Notes: generated by a model from the sequence alone, not told the origin. Positions 25,406 through 39,690 are shown, numbered from the stretch's first letter. The stretch: DNA of 64,000 bases from Vitrella brassicaformis CCMP3155 (GCA_001179505.1 CDMY01000309.1:63479-127478), one strand, 5' to 3'. Translations and numbers: made by a program.

Positions 25406-26198
25406 CTGAGTGGAAGTTTCATAGCACAAAGGGGTGGGTGGGATGGGATGGGTGCATGGCATGGCTGTCGGAAAGACAGGAGCATGTTGCCTGCCTGCCT
25501 TGTGTGGGTATGCATGTGTTTACGTGTGCATTGAAGGTGACTGACTGGACTGACTATGAGCATCCTCGATGCAGGTGCAGGCAGGTACAACACAAATAGG
25601 TGTCATATATGTCGAGAACGAAGTAGGTCGTGTGTGTCTTGCTGCGCATCTGACCCTTGCATGCGCCTCGTTGCGAAAGTTTGAGAAGCGTGTGCCCTGT
25701 ACGAACTGGTGGCAATGTGGCATCAATTGCATGGTAGACGCTTCAGGGGATTCTGAGCATGTTGAGTTGAATGAGAGACGCTTTTTATCTCGCACGCACC
25801 AGATCTGACCGTACGTCCCTGCTTCGAATTTGTGACCGTCATGCAATTCGAATTATGGATGAGTCACGGGATGACACGCACCCTCACACACACACACACG
25901 GCACACACACGCACGCACACTGCACATACAGGCCTTCCCCCCCTCCCTCTCTGCGCGTGGACCCCTGTGGACGTGAGCCTGTGTGTGAGTGTGTCTGTCT
26001 GTCTGCCACGCACTGCTGCACACGCGCATCCACCAATTTCGCAAACCCTACGCATAATTAGGGATTAGCTGGGCACGTCAGCCGCCGCCCGGCCCCCTTG
26101 CAATGGAGAAAGCCTCCCGCGCAGCGATCGGCAAAATGCGAGCTTAGACGTTTCACCCCCTCCTCTCCCCCCCACGGAATCTATCGTCAGTTGTCCAC

Positions 26199-27701
26199 GT
26201 GGTGGTCATTGCACGTCGAGGAAGATGTTTTGATTCTTTGATGGCTTTCACATCGACACATGGTGCTGCGCATTCATTCTTTGTGGCGTCTATGTGCTGC
26301 TTTCTGGGTGCGCGTCTGTCACTGGCTGCCGAGCAAAAGCTGAGACCACTGCTTGGCTTCTGCAACGGGCCACAGAGGCGGCGGCGAGGGCCGACGTGCT
26401 TCGCTGCCGCTGCTCCCGAATACAAGGTACGTACCGCATCACGGGAAGGAGGCACCTGTGCACTGTCCTCTGTGTCATGGCTTTGCCAGCTTCTGGATTT
26501 GGTGAAGATCTTCGGCCGACTGGTGAGTACTGAACAAGAGGCAAGTTTGGCCTGCCCTCCGTTGCTTCTCGTCTGTCCATCCATCCCTCAGGCCGAGCAT
26601 GAGCACCGCATCTCCACCCAAGCGCTGCTGACGGCCCGATACGCACCTGAAGACCTCCAGGGTAGATTCGAACCATACAGCACCGGCATCGGTAAGAAGC
26701 AAGCAAGAGAGAGCAGACAGACGGACGACAGGATTGTCTGCGCAGCTCCTATGGTGGACTGGCCTGATGGCAAGAGACCGCACTCACGGTGGCATCTGCT
26801 CTATCGAGTGGGCGATGAGGGCATCACCCGACAGAACTTCTTCGCGAGGCTCCCGCCACTTGCATGTAGGCGAGTCGAGCCACTTGTGCTCGATAGATAT
26901 CTTTTCCGTCATTCCTTTGTGGTGTGTGTCACTTGTCAGTCAAATGGCCAGTTGACATTGATGGCGACATCATCGCACCGGACGCCGTCCTGCAGCTGGC
27001 ATCGAGGCGGCGCAATCTGCAGCAGGCGATGGCGAAAGGCACACACGCCCAGGAAACCGAGCAAAGCCAGTGGGCCGAGGAGATGGGCGGCATCCTCGAC
27101 AGCCCGGAGGAGGAAAAGCGGCGGCAGCAGCTGCTCGAGACCTCCGAGATGGACGCAAAGACGAAGGACAGGGGGCCGTTGTTCCCCTTCTTGTGGCCGT
27201 TCTGGGAGGATGACGGTGGGGAGTCCCAGACGGATGCGACGGCGGAGGGAAGGTCGGTGCCGTCCACATCGCCCTTCAGACGGCTGCTGAATGCTGAGGT
27301 GTCGAGAATGCCCATCTCTGCCAACGCCATGGCTGCCGTCTGGACGACGTAGGCGCAAAAGACAAGGAAGACCAGGATGCTTGGTGCGTGACATGGATGA
27401 GTCTGGGTGTCCATGGATGTGTGCAGGCTGAGCCGCGGTGAAGTGTACCTAAGCCGCGAGCAGGTCGCGAGACGGCTCAGGCGCATCAGCAGAGGTACTT
27501 CTGTTAGTGCGGATGTGTTTCGTTGCGGAACCATTATGGATCTCTCGTCTTTGTGATGCAGGTGCCCCTTTGCTGGGGTTGGACCAGTTTGTGCAGACGG
27601 TCTTGGAGGAGACGTTCATTCCTCCGTCATTCGGGTTGGCTGACCTGAGGCGGGCCAAGGACGCAGAGGGTGTGGATGACCCGAGGCTTGGTCTGTTGTA
27701 G
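26199..27701 (+). CDS. Hypothetical protein, possibly with N-terminal targeting sequence
   Basis: Exons give AEHEHRISTQALLTARYAPEDLQGRFEPYSTG, APMVDWPDGKRPHSRWHLLYRVGDEGITRQNFF, IDGDIIAPDAVLQLASRRRNLQQ..., APLLGLDQFVQTVLEETFIPPSFGLADLRRAKD...LL*; hydrophobic then Arg/Ala-rich N-terminus. Confidence 0.55.
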
Positions 27702-28106
27702 ACTATGAGGATGTGGCTAACAAAGGACAAAGGATACTAGCTTTTTGTCGTCGTGTCTGTGTACAGTTGTCATGTGTGTTTGACTGTGTGAATACTCATA
27801 TGCTTTTTGGACGGCAACTGCCGTGGCTTAGACGACACCGACCTCTCTCTCTCCTTTTCTTTCGTCGCCTGTGTCGGTTGAGTGAGTGAGTGAGTGAGTG
27901 TGAAATGGACGACACAGACGGATTTCTGGTATCACTCCATCGTTGAATCGATCGTCGGTTCACACACTGTGCGAGCGAGTCTTCTCAGTCAATGACATTC
28001 ATTCGCCTACCCTCCATAATCGCGTCATACACAGACAACACACCAACCAGAAAGACAGACAGGCAGACCTCTCACCCCCACCCTCTCCCACCTCCCAATC
28101 ATATAA

Positions 28107-31100
28107 CTACTCGAAGGTCAGTGCGAGCAGGTTGTTGTCCATCGAGTCAGCCACAGTCTGCAGCCACCCACCCCTGGCAGGCATCGAGCCCCTCCTCCCA
28201 TCACGAGACTGAAGCCTCTGAATCCGCCCTTCAAAGGCCGTCAGGTACGCACCACCACCAGCAGCGGGGGGCAGAAGGTAGTCGTTCCTGCCCCGTCCCA
28301 CTCGCTCATTCGCCGTTGTGTAGGAGGTGCGGTAGAGGGGGCTCGGCGATGGGGCGGTGGCCGCAGCAGCGGCGCCAGCAGACGAGGGGCGCTCTTCCTC
28401 CTGTCTCGCGGTCCTCTTGGCTGCTGATATCCTGGATGACGACATGAATCGTGAGAAGAAGCCTCCCTGCCGCTGCTGTGTGGATGCGGACGAGGGGGAG
28501 GATGGGGCGGGAGAGGACGGCACGTACCTGGCGGAAAGGTCGGCTGTGTGCTTGTCAAAAAGTGTGTTTCTCGTGTGTACATGTTGGTGTCTCTTCGTGT
28601 GTTGCGGCTGTTGATGTCATTGACGAGGTTCTTGAGGTCCAGGTTGGCGATCTCCAACGAGGTCGCCCGGACCTCTGACTGGGCTCGGACCTCCTCTGCC
28701 TCCAGCAACCTGCGAGAGCACAGAAGGCACACTTGTGGCCCTTGTTGGGTCGGTATGAGTGTGTTGTGGCATACTTGGCCTCGAGCTGGTGCATCTGTGC
28801 GCTGAACCGCTCGGCACGCTGCTGCGCCTCGGCGCGGTCGTCACTGAAACGACCGATCCAGCCAGGCAACCAAGTTTACACTCCGCATACGGCCATGGTG
28901 GACGTTCGCGAGTTTGAGGCCTTGTGGGCTTCCGGTGCTTACGCGCATTTTCTGTTTGCTTCGGCCAGTCGTGTCTCGAGTTGGTGCTTGGTCTCCTGCA
29001 GACGGCTCACCTCCATCTACACGCAGAGAGACACAGAGAGACAGAGACAAAGACGTTGACCATAGGCATGACCAGGGCAATGATCGCTGCCTACCTCCAG
29101 CTCCTGAGCTCGCCTCTGCACCTCGTTGAGGCTGCCCCTCGCCCGACGCTGCTCAGCATCCAGCTGCCGGCCCTACACAGCACACACACCCATCTCATCA
29201 TTGGGCCGTGTGTGCCTTCATACGTACGGCCTCGTCGCGGGTCTTCTGCAGCTCCTCCTGCACCCTGCATTTGTTCACACACACATACAAACATGCGACA
29301 AGACAAGACAGACATGCTCCCATGTACGTGTCATGAAGGGCCTTGAGCTGCTGATGCGCGACTTTCTCAGACATATACTGTTGCCGAACCACCTCAAGCT
29401 GATTGAGACATACACCAAGACACACAGACGAGCCCTCAGTTCATATATTGTGAAGAGATCTTCCACACTGAGACACTCATACACACACACACACACACAC
29501 CTCCTGCAGTTGTTCCTGGCTGGCGTCCAGCTGTCTGCGGAGGGAATCGTTCTCGCGCTGCAGCTCCTGCACGAGGCTCTCAGCCGCCCTCAGCTGGCTG
29601 TGCACCCCAGCTGTGTCACGTGCGTCCATGTGCACGCCGTTGATCTGTCTGCCGCCCTGGCGCAGCTCATGCTGCATATCCTCGAGACGCTGCTACGGTA
29701 GTAGTAGGAGACACATTGACACCGATTGCAGGGGGATGTGTGGTGAGATGCGCTGTTACCTTGAGGGTGCTGTTTTCTTCTTTGAGAAAGGTGTTGTCCC
29801 GTTCGGCCTTGTTGAGCCGCTGGCGCCACAACCGGCCTTCCTCTTCCGCATAGTTCTGCATACACACACACAGACAGATATGTACAAGCATCTGTACGCC
29901 TGCTGCCTGCCTAATATTTGTTTTTGCCTTTTCCTGGAGAACGGCCCTGAGCCGGTCGGCCTGCCCCTGCAGGCGCCTCTCAAAGGTTTCCTCGGCTGTA
30001 CGAGCCTTCTTCTCGTCCTGCATACAGGTGATGTGTGCCCATAGATGACCGTACGAACCAGCAGATGACCATTCTGGGCTGGCCCACCTGCATCTTCTTG
30101 GCATTGATGGCATCGACGCGGCGCCGCAACTCACCCAGATGCTCCTGGAGGTCCTCAGCCGAACTGACATGACGTGGACGCACCGCCCCTCATCCATCCA
30201 TTCTCGTATTGTTGTGACACCCACCCACCCATACACACATACATGTATACCTTAGCGGCGTTTGAGTGCCATCCATCCTGTCTTCAGGATTGGTATGGGC
30301 CCTGTTGTAAGCATTGGGAAGAGGAGAAGGAGACGCGAAGGGGTTGGGGGGATCGACCGTAGCGGAACGATACACAGACTGAGCAGAAGGAGTAGCAGCA
30401 GCGGCAGGGGCGGCAGCGGCGGCAGGGGCACCCCCATCCTCGAACCGCAACTGAACAACACCAAAGAGCGAACAACGAATGCGCCACATGCTTCCCTGCT
30501 GTTTCTTCATCGCCTCACGTACGCATCGAGTGGTGGTTCTGGCGATGTCCTGTCTGTGTCTCCCCTGGCCCGGCTCCATCTCCACCTCTGCCCAGCTTGT
30601 CGCCCTCTGTGCCCTCCCCCTCGGGCGGACGTCCTCACTTGACCGACCTGGCTTCACACCACCAGACCTCCGCTGACGCTCACCGGGCCCCCTCGGCGAC
30701 GAACAGGCCGAGAAGGACGAGCAGTGCATCCTTGCCGAAAGCAGTGGCGGGTGGGGATCGACGTGGGCTGCTCCCGGCTGCTGCGGGATGACCAGTGGCT
30801 CCTCCTCCCTAATGGCCGACAGGTCTGGCAGCGGCGGCACGATCCGAGTGGCGGGTTCGTGACTGAAGGAGGGAGACCTGGGCAGCAGCGAGGCAGCAGC
30901 TGCCGATGGGCTGACACGGGGCGAAAGCACACCGGGGTAGAGCAGCGGCGGACACACCGCTGGCTTCACGCAGGTGTCGAACAGGGCGCACCTTGAGGAG
31001 CTATGCTGGCTGAGCCTCGTCTCTGGCGACAGCTGAATCTGAGGCTGATGCCGACGGGCAGCCGAATATGACGGCCGCGGGCTCAGAAAACAGAAAGGGT

Positions 31101-31443
31101 TGCTCCGCGGCCTCGTCCGCGGCTTGCTGTGGAACACCAGGTGCTGTGAGTCGGTGCTGTCCGTCTTGGCGTCACTAGGATGCCTCTTTGCAGTGGTGCA
31201 GGGGAGCCGCAGAACGATCGGCGGCCGACAGGTGACTCGCGCCACACTCTCAGCAGCGCAGTTTGTGGGATAACTGAGGAGGGGAGCTGGGCATGGCGAG
31301 GGAGGCACCGGCAAGTGGGGGACGGAGGCGCTGGGCGGGATGGAGACGTACGGCAGGAGGGGCGAGGAGGGGCCGCTGCAGGACGGCGCGGGATCCCCTG
31401 CTGCCGACGATGTGGCTGTTGCTGTCAGTGCAGAAGCGCTCAT
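28107..31443 (-). CDS. Large protein: Pro/Ser-rich N-terminus, multi-exon coiled-coil region, low-complexity C-terminus
   Basis: The long ORF 30190-31584 contains ATG 31443 (MSASALTA...). Downstream exons are heptad-rich (EDLQEHLGELRRRVDAINAKK; QELQRENDSLRRQLDASQEQLQE; LEAEEVRAQSEVRATSLEIANLDLKNLVND); ends ...DNNLLALTFE*. Confidence 0.7.
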
Positions 31444-31714
31444 TCCTTCTCTTGGGGGCTGAGACTGCTCCGAGCTCGCACACGACGATTTGCATCTCGC
31501 ATCGCCTCGCCCATCCGCGCCTGCAATCCCCCGCTGCCAGACAGTCAGGCAGGGGAAGACGACGAGCTGCTGTACGAACAGCATGTCTTAGATCAGTGGC
31601 CGCTCGACGTCGAGCTCTCTGACTAGCCTCTGGGTGTCTTGCCTATGTCTGGCTGTCATTCTCATATACCTGCAACCGTTGTCGACAGCGATTTTCTGAC
31701 CATCATAGGGTGGC

Positions 31715-32014
31715 NNNNNNNNNNNNNNNNNNNNNNNNNNNNNNNNNNNNNNNNNNNNNNNNNNNNNNNNNNNNNNNNNNNNNNNNNNNNNNNNNNNNNN
31801 NNNNNNNNNNNNNNNNNNNNNNNNNNNNNNNNNNNNNNNNNNNNNNNNNNNNNNNNNNNNNNNNNNNNNNNNNNNNNNNNNNNNNNNNNNNNNNNNNNNN
31901 NNNNNNNNNNNNNNNNNNNNNNNNNNNNNNNNNNNNNNNNNNNNNNNNNNNNNNNNNNNNNNNNNNNNNNNNNNNNNNNNNNNNNNNNNNNNNNNNNNNN
32001 NNNNNNNNNNNNNN
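31715..32014. other. Assembly gap (300 N) flanked on both sides by ATAGGGTGGC
   Basis: ATAGGGTGGC at 31705-31714 and 32015-32024. Confidence 0.99.
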
Positions 32015-32226
32015 ATAGGGTGGCACGTGCGTGTCGAGTGGGTGGGTGGGTGGGATGGGGAGACAGGCCGTGTGCATGCTTCTATGCATGTGCATGCTGC
32101 TAGTTTAGTGCGTGACCTGGACAGGATCCCCTCGGGGTTACAGACACGAGTCTCGTTAAACACAATAACCAACCAACCAACCGCTGACGCTCCTCGTTTC
32201 TCAGAAGCGGGATCTGAAGTGCAATC

Positions 32227-35048
32227 ATGCCGATTTCAGAAGAGCGGCTGTTGGTGAAGCCAGCAGAGCAGGACTCAACAGCCGTCAAGAACGCGGCCGT
32301 CGCGCGCAAGCTGGTCGTCGCATCACTCATATGCGTCAGCCAAAGACACAGCACTGACAGCAAAGACAGCTAGACGATCTGCGCCCATTATCATTTGGCA
32401 ATGTGTGTGTGCCTGTGTTGGCGCAGCTGCTGTTCATGATTGTGGAGGTCGTGGGCGGCTTCCTGGCCCGCTCGCTGGCCCTCATGACCGACGCTACGCA
32501 CCTGCTGTCAGATCTGGCATCAAACCTTATCGGGTCCACCACACATAAGCAGAAACACGCATCTCTCTAGTTTTGCACCCGTCTGTGTTTGTGTTGGTTT
32601 GTTTGTTTCTCTGTGCAGGTTGTTTGCCATATGGTTGGCGAGCAAGCAGGGGACGACCAGCCTGTCGTTCGGCTATCACCGAGCTGAGATCCTGGGTGCC
32701 CTCGTCAGCGTGTTCATCATTTGGGGCGTTACAGGTCGGTAGGGGGACGCACAGACAGGGATCGATGCACTCATGTTGGTCGGAATGGTGGATAGATGGA
32801 TGAATGGATGGATGCACTTATTGCCGCCTGCATCGTTGTCAGCGTGGCTGCTGTGGGAGGCTGTGGATCGAGCCATCAACCCAACGGCGGTCGACGGCAA
32901 GATCATGTCAATCACGGTAGGTATTGCGGACCGATCCCATCACGTTGTGTGCCCTATCATGATGTTGGTTTGTGGTTTGGTCAGGCGCTCATCGGCCTGG
33001 TGGTCAATCTCATTCTCACACAAGTGCTGCAGACACACAGGTGCGCATTTGCTGGCCTGCAGACAACATTCTAAAGATGGACACCCACCCCTCTCTGTCT
33101 GCTTGTGTCTGCTCAGTCACGGTATCGGACACCAGTGCCACGGCCACTCCCATGACCACGGCCACACACACACCCACACACACACCCACACACACACCGA
33201 CCACCTCAAGCACCACGAGGATGGCACCCACGCCCATCACCCACCACACACAGCAGCAGGCCACCCCGACCGGAGCGGCAAGGTCGGCATCACCCCCACC
33301 TTCCCCGTGCACCCTCATGCCGGCGACAGCCTCCACAGCAGCAGCCAGCAGGTCAACGGCCACCCCTCGTCGGGCGTCAACGACAGCTCACACAACAGCA
33401 GCAGCGGCGGGGGCCAGAGCAGCGGACAGAGTGGGCAGAGTGTTCTGGGCGGGAGAGGTGGGCGTGTGCCGCCATCAGCACGGTCGGCGCCCTCGCCGTC
33501 TCGGCCGGGGATGCCCCTCTCTGCTGATGATACATCGCACTGGTGAGCGAGAATATATGGCACGAGAGGGGGGCGAAGTGCACGGCACCACTGTTGGTGG
33601 TGGGCGGTGCGGTGAGATGTGTGTGGATGTGATGTGTTTGTGCGCAGGCGGTCGACAGTGAGTGAGGAGGTGTGGGACGGCGGGGGGACCTCGCCACACA
33701 TGCCATCACCCAACTCGGGCCCATCGGCCATCCCTGAGGTCTGAATGAACCACACCACACACACACACACACACACACATACGGGGACTCATATGCTCTC
33801 TCTGTGTCTGTGTGGTGCACACTTGTTTGCAGTCCAACATGTCTCAGCGGTCGTCGCCGATTCTGGAGAACGGTCAGGGCGTCGGCAAGAGGGCAGGCGG
33901 ACATGTCTGTGGCGGCCACGGGCAGCACGATGGCCACCACCACAGCAGGGGTCGCGGTGGCGGTGGGAAACAGAAAGACCAGCAGCACAGGAGCATGAAC
34001 CTTCAAGTAAGCGACCGACAGGAGAACAGCAGGCAATCCATAGCCAGCTGGTGAGGGGGCTGGTCAGTTAATGTCTGTCTGTGTGTGTGTTGGTAAATGA
34101 ATGGTCAGGCTGCGTACATCCATGCCTTGGGCGACCTCCTGCAGAGCTTGGGAGTGCTTATCGCCGCATTGTGCATATGGTAGGTCACCCACCGCACTGC
34201 ACTGCACTGCACTGCACCTTACCTACACACACAAACAGATGGATGCGCGAGGCGTCAATCCATCAGGTACAACCCCGGCTGGCACTTGGCCGATCCCCTG
34301 TGCACTTTCATTTTCTCGATATTCGTCATGTGGACCACATTCGGGATCATCAAGGAGGCCACCAACGTGCTCATGGAGGGCACGCCAGAAGGGATCGACC
34401 TCGAGGACCTCCAAAGCGACCTCAGCGCCATACCGGGAGTCGTGTAAGCCACATCACATTCAACCGTCCATACTCTCTCTGTGTGTGTGTGGGTGGGTGG
34501 GTGGGTGTGTCAGTGAGGTGCATGATCTGCACGTGTGGTCTCTCTCGATCGGCCACCCAGCCCTCGCCGTGCACATCGTCACTGGTGAGATGAGAGAGAC
34601 GCACACCTGCCCTGCAGTCAGTGCCACATACATCAGTTAGTTCTATGTGTTCGTGTCTTCCGAATGGTTTGAACAGCCGAGGAGCCGCTGGCCCGTGAGA
34701 TTCTGACGACGGCCACGGAGATCTGCCAATCGAGCTACAACATCCTGCACACAACCATACAGGCAGGCACAGCCCCTGTCAGGCAGGCACCTCATAACGA
34801 AATGGCACGCCCACGCCCGCGCCCTTCTGTCTCCCTGTATTTCCTTTCGTCAGGTGGACTTTTCGATGGGCAAATCAGAGTGCGGGACGTCAGCGCACCG
34901 CAAGTGCCACGACCTCCTCAACGGCTCAGCGGCGACAGCGACCCCGCCCGTCGACCCCCCACTGCCCCGGTCACACAGCGACTCGAGAGCCACTGTCCCC
35001 CACTGCTGCTCACACAACCACAAACATGGCGCCGACCACAAGGTCTAA
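32227..35048 (+). CDS. Cation diffusion facilitator zinc transporter (SLC30/ZnT2-like) with very long His-rich loop
   Basis: VEVVGGFLARSLALMTDATHLLSD, SFGYHRAEILGALVSV, His-rich loop GHSHDHGHTHTHTHTH..., SMNLQ-AAYIHALGDLLQSLGVLIAA, LADPLCTFIFSIFV, VLMEGTP, VHDLHVWSLS, HTTIQ: the canonical ZnT motif series. Confidence 0.95.
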
Positions 35049-35530
35049 AGCACTGGGGGGTGCGTTGAGGTGCTGCGGACAGCTGCATGTGTGTGTGTGT
35101 GCGTGAGGATTGTATGTGCGTATCGCACTCTCGGCAACTCACTCAAGTGATTCTCCAGCTGTCGTGTATCCCACATGCATGGCATGCCTGAAGCCAGACA
35201 GGGGTCATGTCATCATGGACAGACATGGACATGATTGATGCAGCAAAACTGCCAAACACATTCACCCATGACCATAAAAAGCACTTCTGCACACACTGCC
35301 TGCCTGCGTGCCGCCCGTCGAGGACATAGAGGCAATTGAGGGAAAATGATTGCAGGCAGGCAGGCAGTCAGGCAGGCAGGCATGACCCCTTCGGCTGTAC
35401 ACACAAAGAGGAGGCGTGGATGCGTCCATCCATCAATAGAACATACTGCACTCACTGCTCATGTATCGATACTAGGTGGATGGATGGATGGAATGCGATG
35501 GATGTCATCTACACAACATCATCTCATTGG

Positions 35531-37888
35531 TCAGCCCTTGACCACCGCCACAGGCCGCAGCTTGACACACATCTGGGAGATGCCCGCATCATGACAAGTC
35601 TGGCACACCACACACAAGACACGCAAACGCAAAGAGACAGACACTTCGCCGCTGCCAGTGACCACCCATTCCTTCATGGGCAGCTGGCTGGGTGTTTCAG
35701 CTGACCTGCACGACTTGTGTGACGTCCTTGTACGAGTCGGGGGCCTCCTCCATTATCAGCTTGGGAGACGCCACACGCACCTGCAGGTCAACCAGAGCGT
35801 CCGCACACACATGTACACAACCAGTGAGTGCGTCAGTCAGGTCGTTCATTTAATGCAATGCGTCCGTGTGTGGGCAGGGCACAGCACAAGATACTCACCG
35901 ATATGCCCCTGTCGTAGAGGTTTTGCAGCACGGTCTCGTAGCTCAACTCGTTGCGGCTCTTGTTGCGGCTCAGCGCACGACCTACACAAAACACCCCCGG
36001 AGACCAACAATCCCATGCATGCATCAGCCCTTCCTTCCCCATGATCGAACGTTCATTGGTACCAGCGCCATGGCACGTGCTGCCGAAGGTCTCCCTCATG
36101 CCCTTTTCGGTGCCTGTGAGTACGTAGCTGCAGGTGCCCATGGTGCCGCCGATGAGCACCGGCTGCCCCGTCATCTGGTAGTCCACCGGGATCAACGGGT
36201 GGTGCGGCGGGAAGGCCCGGGTCGAACCCTTCCGATGCACCAGCAACTGACGCAACTGACCGTCAACCAAGTGCTCCTGACACACACACACACACACATA
36301 GGCCGTTAGTGTCTCATCAGGTGGCCGGTGGTCGCTGCTAGAGTGTGCAGCCACCCACACACACCTCAATCTTGGCTATGTTGTGTGAGACGTCGTAGAT
36401 GACGTGCATGTCGAGGTCATCAGGGGAGGCGCCAAACACCTTCGAAAACGCCTGCCGCGTCAAGAACGTCATGCTCGACCTGACACCACACACACAGACC
36501 ACACAGACACACACACATAGACGGCAGGTAAATGTATGTGACGGATAGCTGGAAGCCATTGTGCGGGCCCACGAGACGTCATGCCACGCACCTGTTGACC
36601 CATGCGTAGTTGGCTGCTGCGCTCATGGCCTTGAGGTAGTTCTGCCCCTCGGTGGACTGAATGCGGGCGCATGCCAGCTGCCGGTCGTTGGTCTGGATGC
36701 CGTCGCGGCCCATCGCACGCTCCATCTCGACCAACGCATCGGTCGCTACCTGACACACAGACGAACAAATGAACACGCAGAGAGGGAAGATGTCATGTCG
36801 TTGTGTGGGTGTGGTGTCTGGAGTGGTTTTGTGTGTCTCTCTGTGTGTGTGTGTGCGTGTACCTACCTGGTGTCCGAGTCCCCTTGATCCCGAGTGGATC
36901 ATGACGCACACCTGACCCTTGCGATCCAAACCCATCTTCTTGGCCGCCATCTTGTCGTAGATCTCGTCTACAACCTGACACCACACAAACACCACACAAC
37001 ACACGTGTTCGTTTCGTTCCCTCCCTGCCTGCCTCCCCCCTTCGATCCATCCATCCATTCATTCGCCCATCCCTCTCTTCCCCACCCCAGGCCACCGCCC
37101 CACCCACCTGTATCTCAGCGTAGTGGTTGCCTGCCCCGAGTGTGCCCATCTGCGGCAGGCCCCTCTTCTTGGCGCGGCTGGACACCTTGGTGGGGTCGGC
37201 CACCAGCATCCGCCCGTACTCCTCGCAGTGCTCCTTGTCCTCCGGCCAGGCGTACCCTTCCCGCATCGACCAGTCCACCCCCAGCTGCAGCGCCTCCTCC
37301 AGGTCGTTGGGCTTGCACGGGATGATGCCCTCGCTACCGACTCCCACAGGGATGTGGTCGAACAGCGCCTGGGTCAGCCGCTCCTTCCGGTCCGCCAGGT
37401 CCTTCTCGGTGACGTTGGTGCGGATGAGCCGCACCCCGCAGTTGATGTCGAAGCCCACGCCGCCCGGCGAGACGACGGCCTCCGGCTTGCTCATGTCGAA
37501 GGCCGCGATGTTGCCGATGGCGAAGCCGTAGCCGCTGTGCACGTCCGGCAGACCGATGGACCGACAAACGATGCCCGGCAGACTCGCCACATTGCCTGCA
37601 GGGAGGGAGGCAGGGAGAACGAACGAACGAATGCATGTGCGTGTGAGCTTGTGCGTGTGCGTGTGCGGCTGGCTGACCGATCTGCTTGACAGCGGGCAGG
37701 AATCCGCCTCTGTCGGAGGGGGCGCGGCAGTAGTTGCGGAGCTCGTCGAGGATGAGTTTCTCGAGTTTGTCGTTGACGTAGAAGAGTCCCTCGACGTTCA
37801 TGTTTGGCACGAAGCCCTTCTTGATGCGGTAGGACGTCCCATCTACTCGCTCCAGGTAGCCGCGCTCCTGCTCGAAGTTGCGCTTCAT
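35531..37888 (-). CDS. rtcB: tRNA-splicing RNA ligase RtcB (HSPC117)
   Basis: [108 protein letters not shown]. Confidence 0.97.
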
Positions 37889-38134
37889 CTCACACACAAA
37901 GTGACGACAGAAATCCTGCAGCACACACGTACACGAGATTCAAGGAATGGCACATCAGAAAGGAAGCAGCCACACGCGCTTTCTCACCTGAGTTAATTCT
38001 GATTTTTTCTTGCTGTTTTGGCAGGGTCTGCGGGGTCAAGGGGTTTCTGCGGGGTCACGGGTTTTGGCAGGGTCTGCGGGAACTCGAACCCCGAATAGAT
38101 TTCCCGTAGATCTGGACAGATCTCGTCGCCGTCG

Positions 38135-39690
38135 ATGAGTGAGGGGTCGAAGAGGCAGCGGGTGGCAGAGGAAGCCGAGGACGCACACCGCGAGGACGAG
38201 ATGGACGCTGATGGCCAACAACAGCAGCAGCACAGCAGCAGCAGGCGGCGCACGCCACACACAGCATAGACATGGGGGACTTTGCGCAGCGCTTCATCCA
38301 GATCGTAAGATGAGATGCACAATCCAGTGCCGACGACCAACACCGGAATCCGCACCGTCCCTTGTTTGCGTGGCGTGGGTGTGTCGGTGCAGCCAGCTGT
38401 GATCGGTTGCGTCTTCTCGTTTCTGTCCATCCACCTCGCGGCAGAGTTGCCCCGGCGGCTGTGGAAACACGTCGGCTCCCACATCCTGAACCTGGTGGTC
38501 GACACCTACGACACGGCCGAGCGACGCTTCTGGTGCGGCCTGACAGGGCTGGCATTCGCTGATGCCTTGGCTTTGGGTCGGCTGCTCACACAGCTCCGGT
38601 CCATAGTCTTCATTTACCCGAGGAACAGCCGCGTCAACCCGCGCAAACCCTTCCCAGACTTCCCAGACCGCAGACGGGGCTACTGGGCGACCAGGGGAAA
38701 CTGGTGGGGCTTCATCTCGCCGCTGAGCCACGCGCATGACGAACCATTTCACAAGGCTGTGCTGAGTGCGGGGACCGACATCATCGCCGTCTTGGTGGAG
38801 GGGCACTGCGAGGAGCAGAGAGCCGCGGCGGTGGCTCCAGGGCCGCCGGCACGCGGCACGCTGGAGTCGATCGAATTCATCAAGGGCGGAAGGACACTTG
38901 TCATCGAGGAAGATGAGTACGACGAGCTCACCTCCATCCGACGGCAGGCTGCAGCCGACGGCCTCCCCGCCCCCCTCGACCCTCCTCCCAGCCTCGATGC
39001 CCTCTCGACCATCAAGGGCATCGGCCACCACGACTTTTATCGCCACGACCGACATTGGCAGCTGCCGTCCCTCCGCTGCCTGAAGGACCTCCGATGCACT
39101 CCCAACAGCCTGGCTGGTTCCCTCGCGCGGATCTCCGTCGCAGAGGCGGGCCAGGCGGGCCCCCTGGCGCAGCTCGAGGACATCGGCGTGCTGGACATGC
39201 GGGACCCGCGTAATGGAGACGACGGTATTCTTGCGTACGGCAAGTGGAAGGAGGGGTTGGATGGTCTGAAAGTACAGAGGCAGAGGGAGGAGGGAGGGAG
39301 GGAAGCAATGGCGATGTTGCCATGAGGTGTGTCCATGTCTCGACATGCAGACCGTTCTCGACGACCGAGGCTGCCACTCCCTCAAGAATGTGAGCGTGCG
39401 CTTCGAGAGCATGTCATTCGATACCGACTTTTTGGCGGCTCTGTCGGCCATCGAGACCTTCAAACAAACCGTATGTGTGTGCGCCGCCGACATCCCCGTC
39501 CACATCAAGATACCCGTCTTCGACCTTTCTGTCCTCTGCGACGTCGGACTCTCCACCCGCCCCGAGCCCGAGCCCTCCCCCGCCGTCGAGAGGCGAATCC
39601 AGCAGATGGCAGCCGACACACCGTGGGCGGCCTTCTTCGTCGCCCCCCACCACCTCACCACCCCTCTTGACACACCGAGCCCCGCTGCAA
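38135..39690 (+). pseudogene. Lineage-expanded family, copy 2, 5' part (frameshift in the exon-1 CAG run; interrupted after TPSPAA)
   Basis: MSEGSKRQRVAEE... shifts frame at ~38231 (CAGCAGCAG-CA-CAGCAG); DTYDTAERRFWCGL, RHWQLPSL, LAQLEDIG, DLSVLCD, LTTPLDTPSPAA match copies 1 and 3; homology stops at ~39690. Confidence 0.7.
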
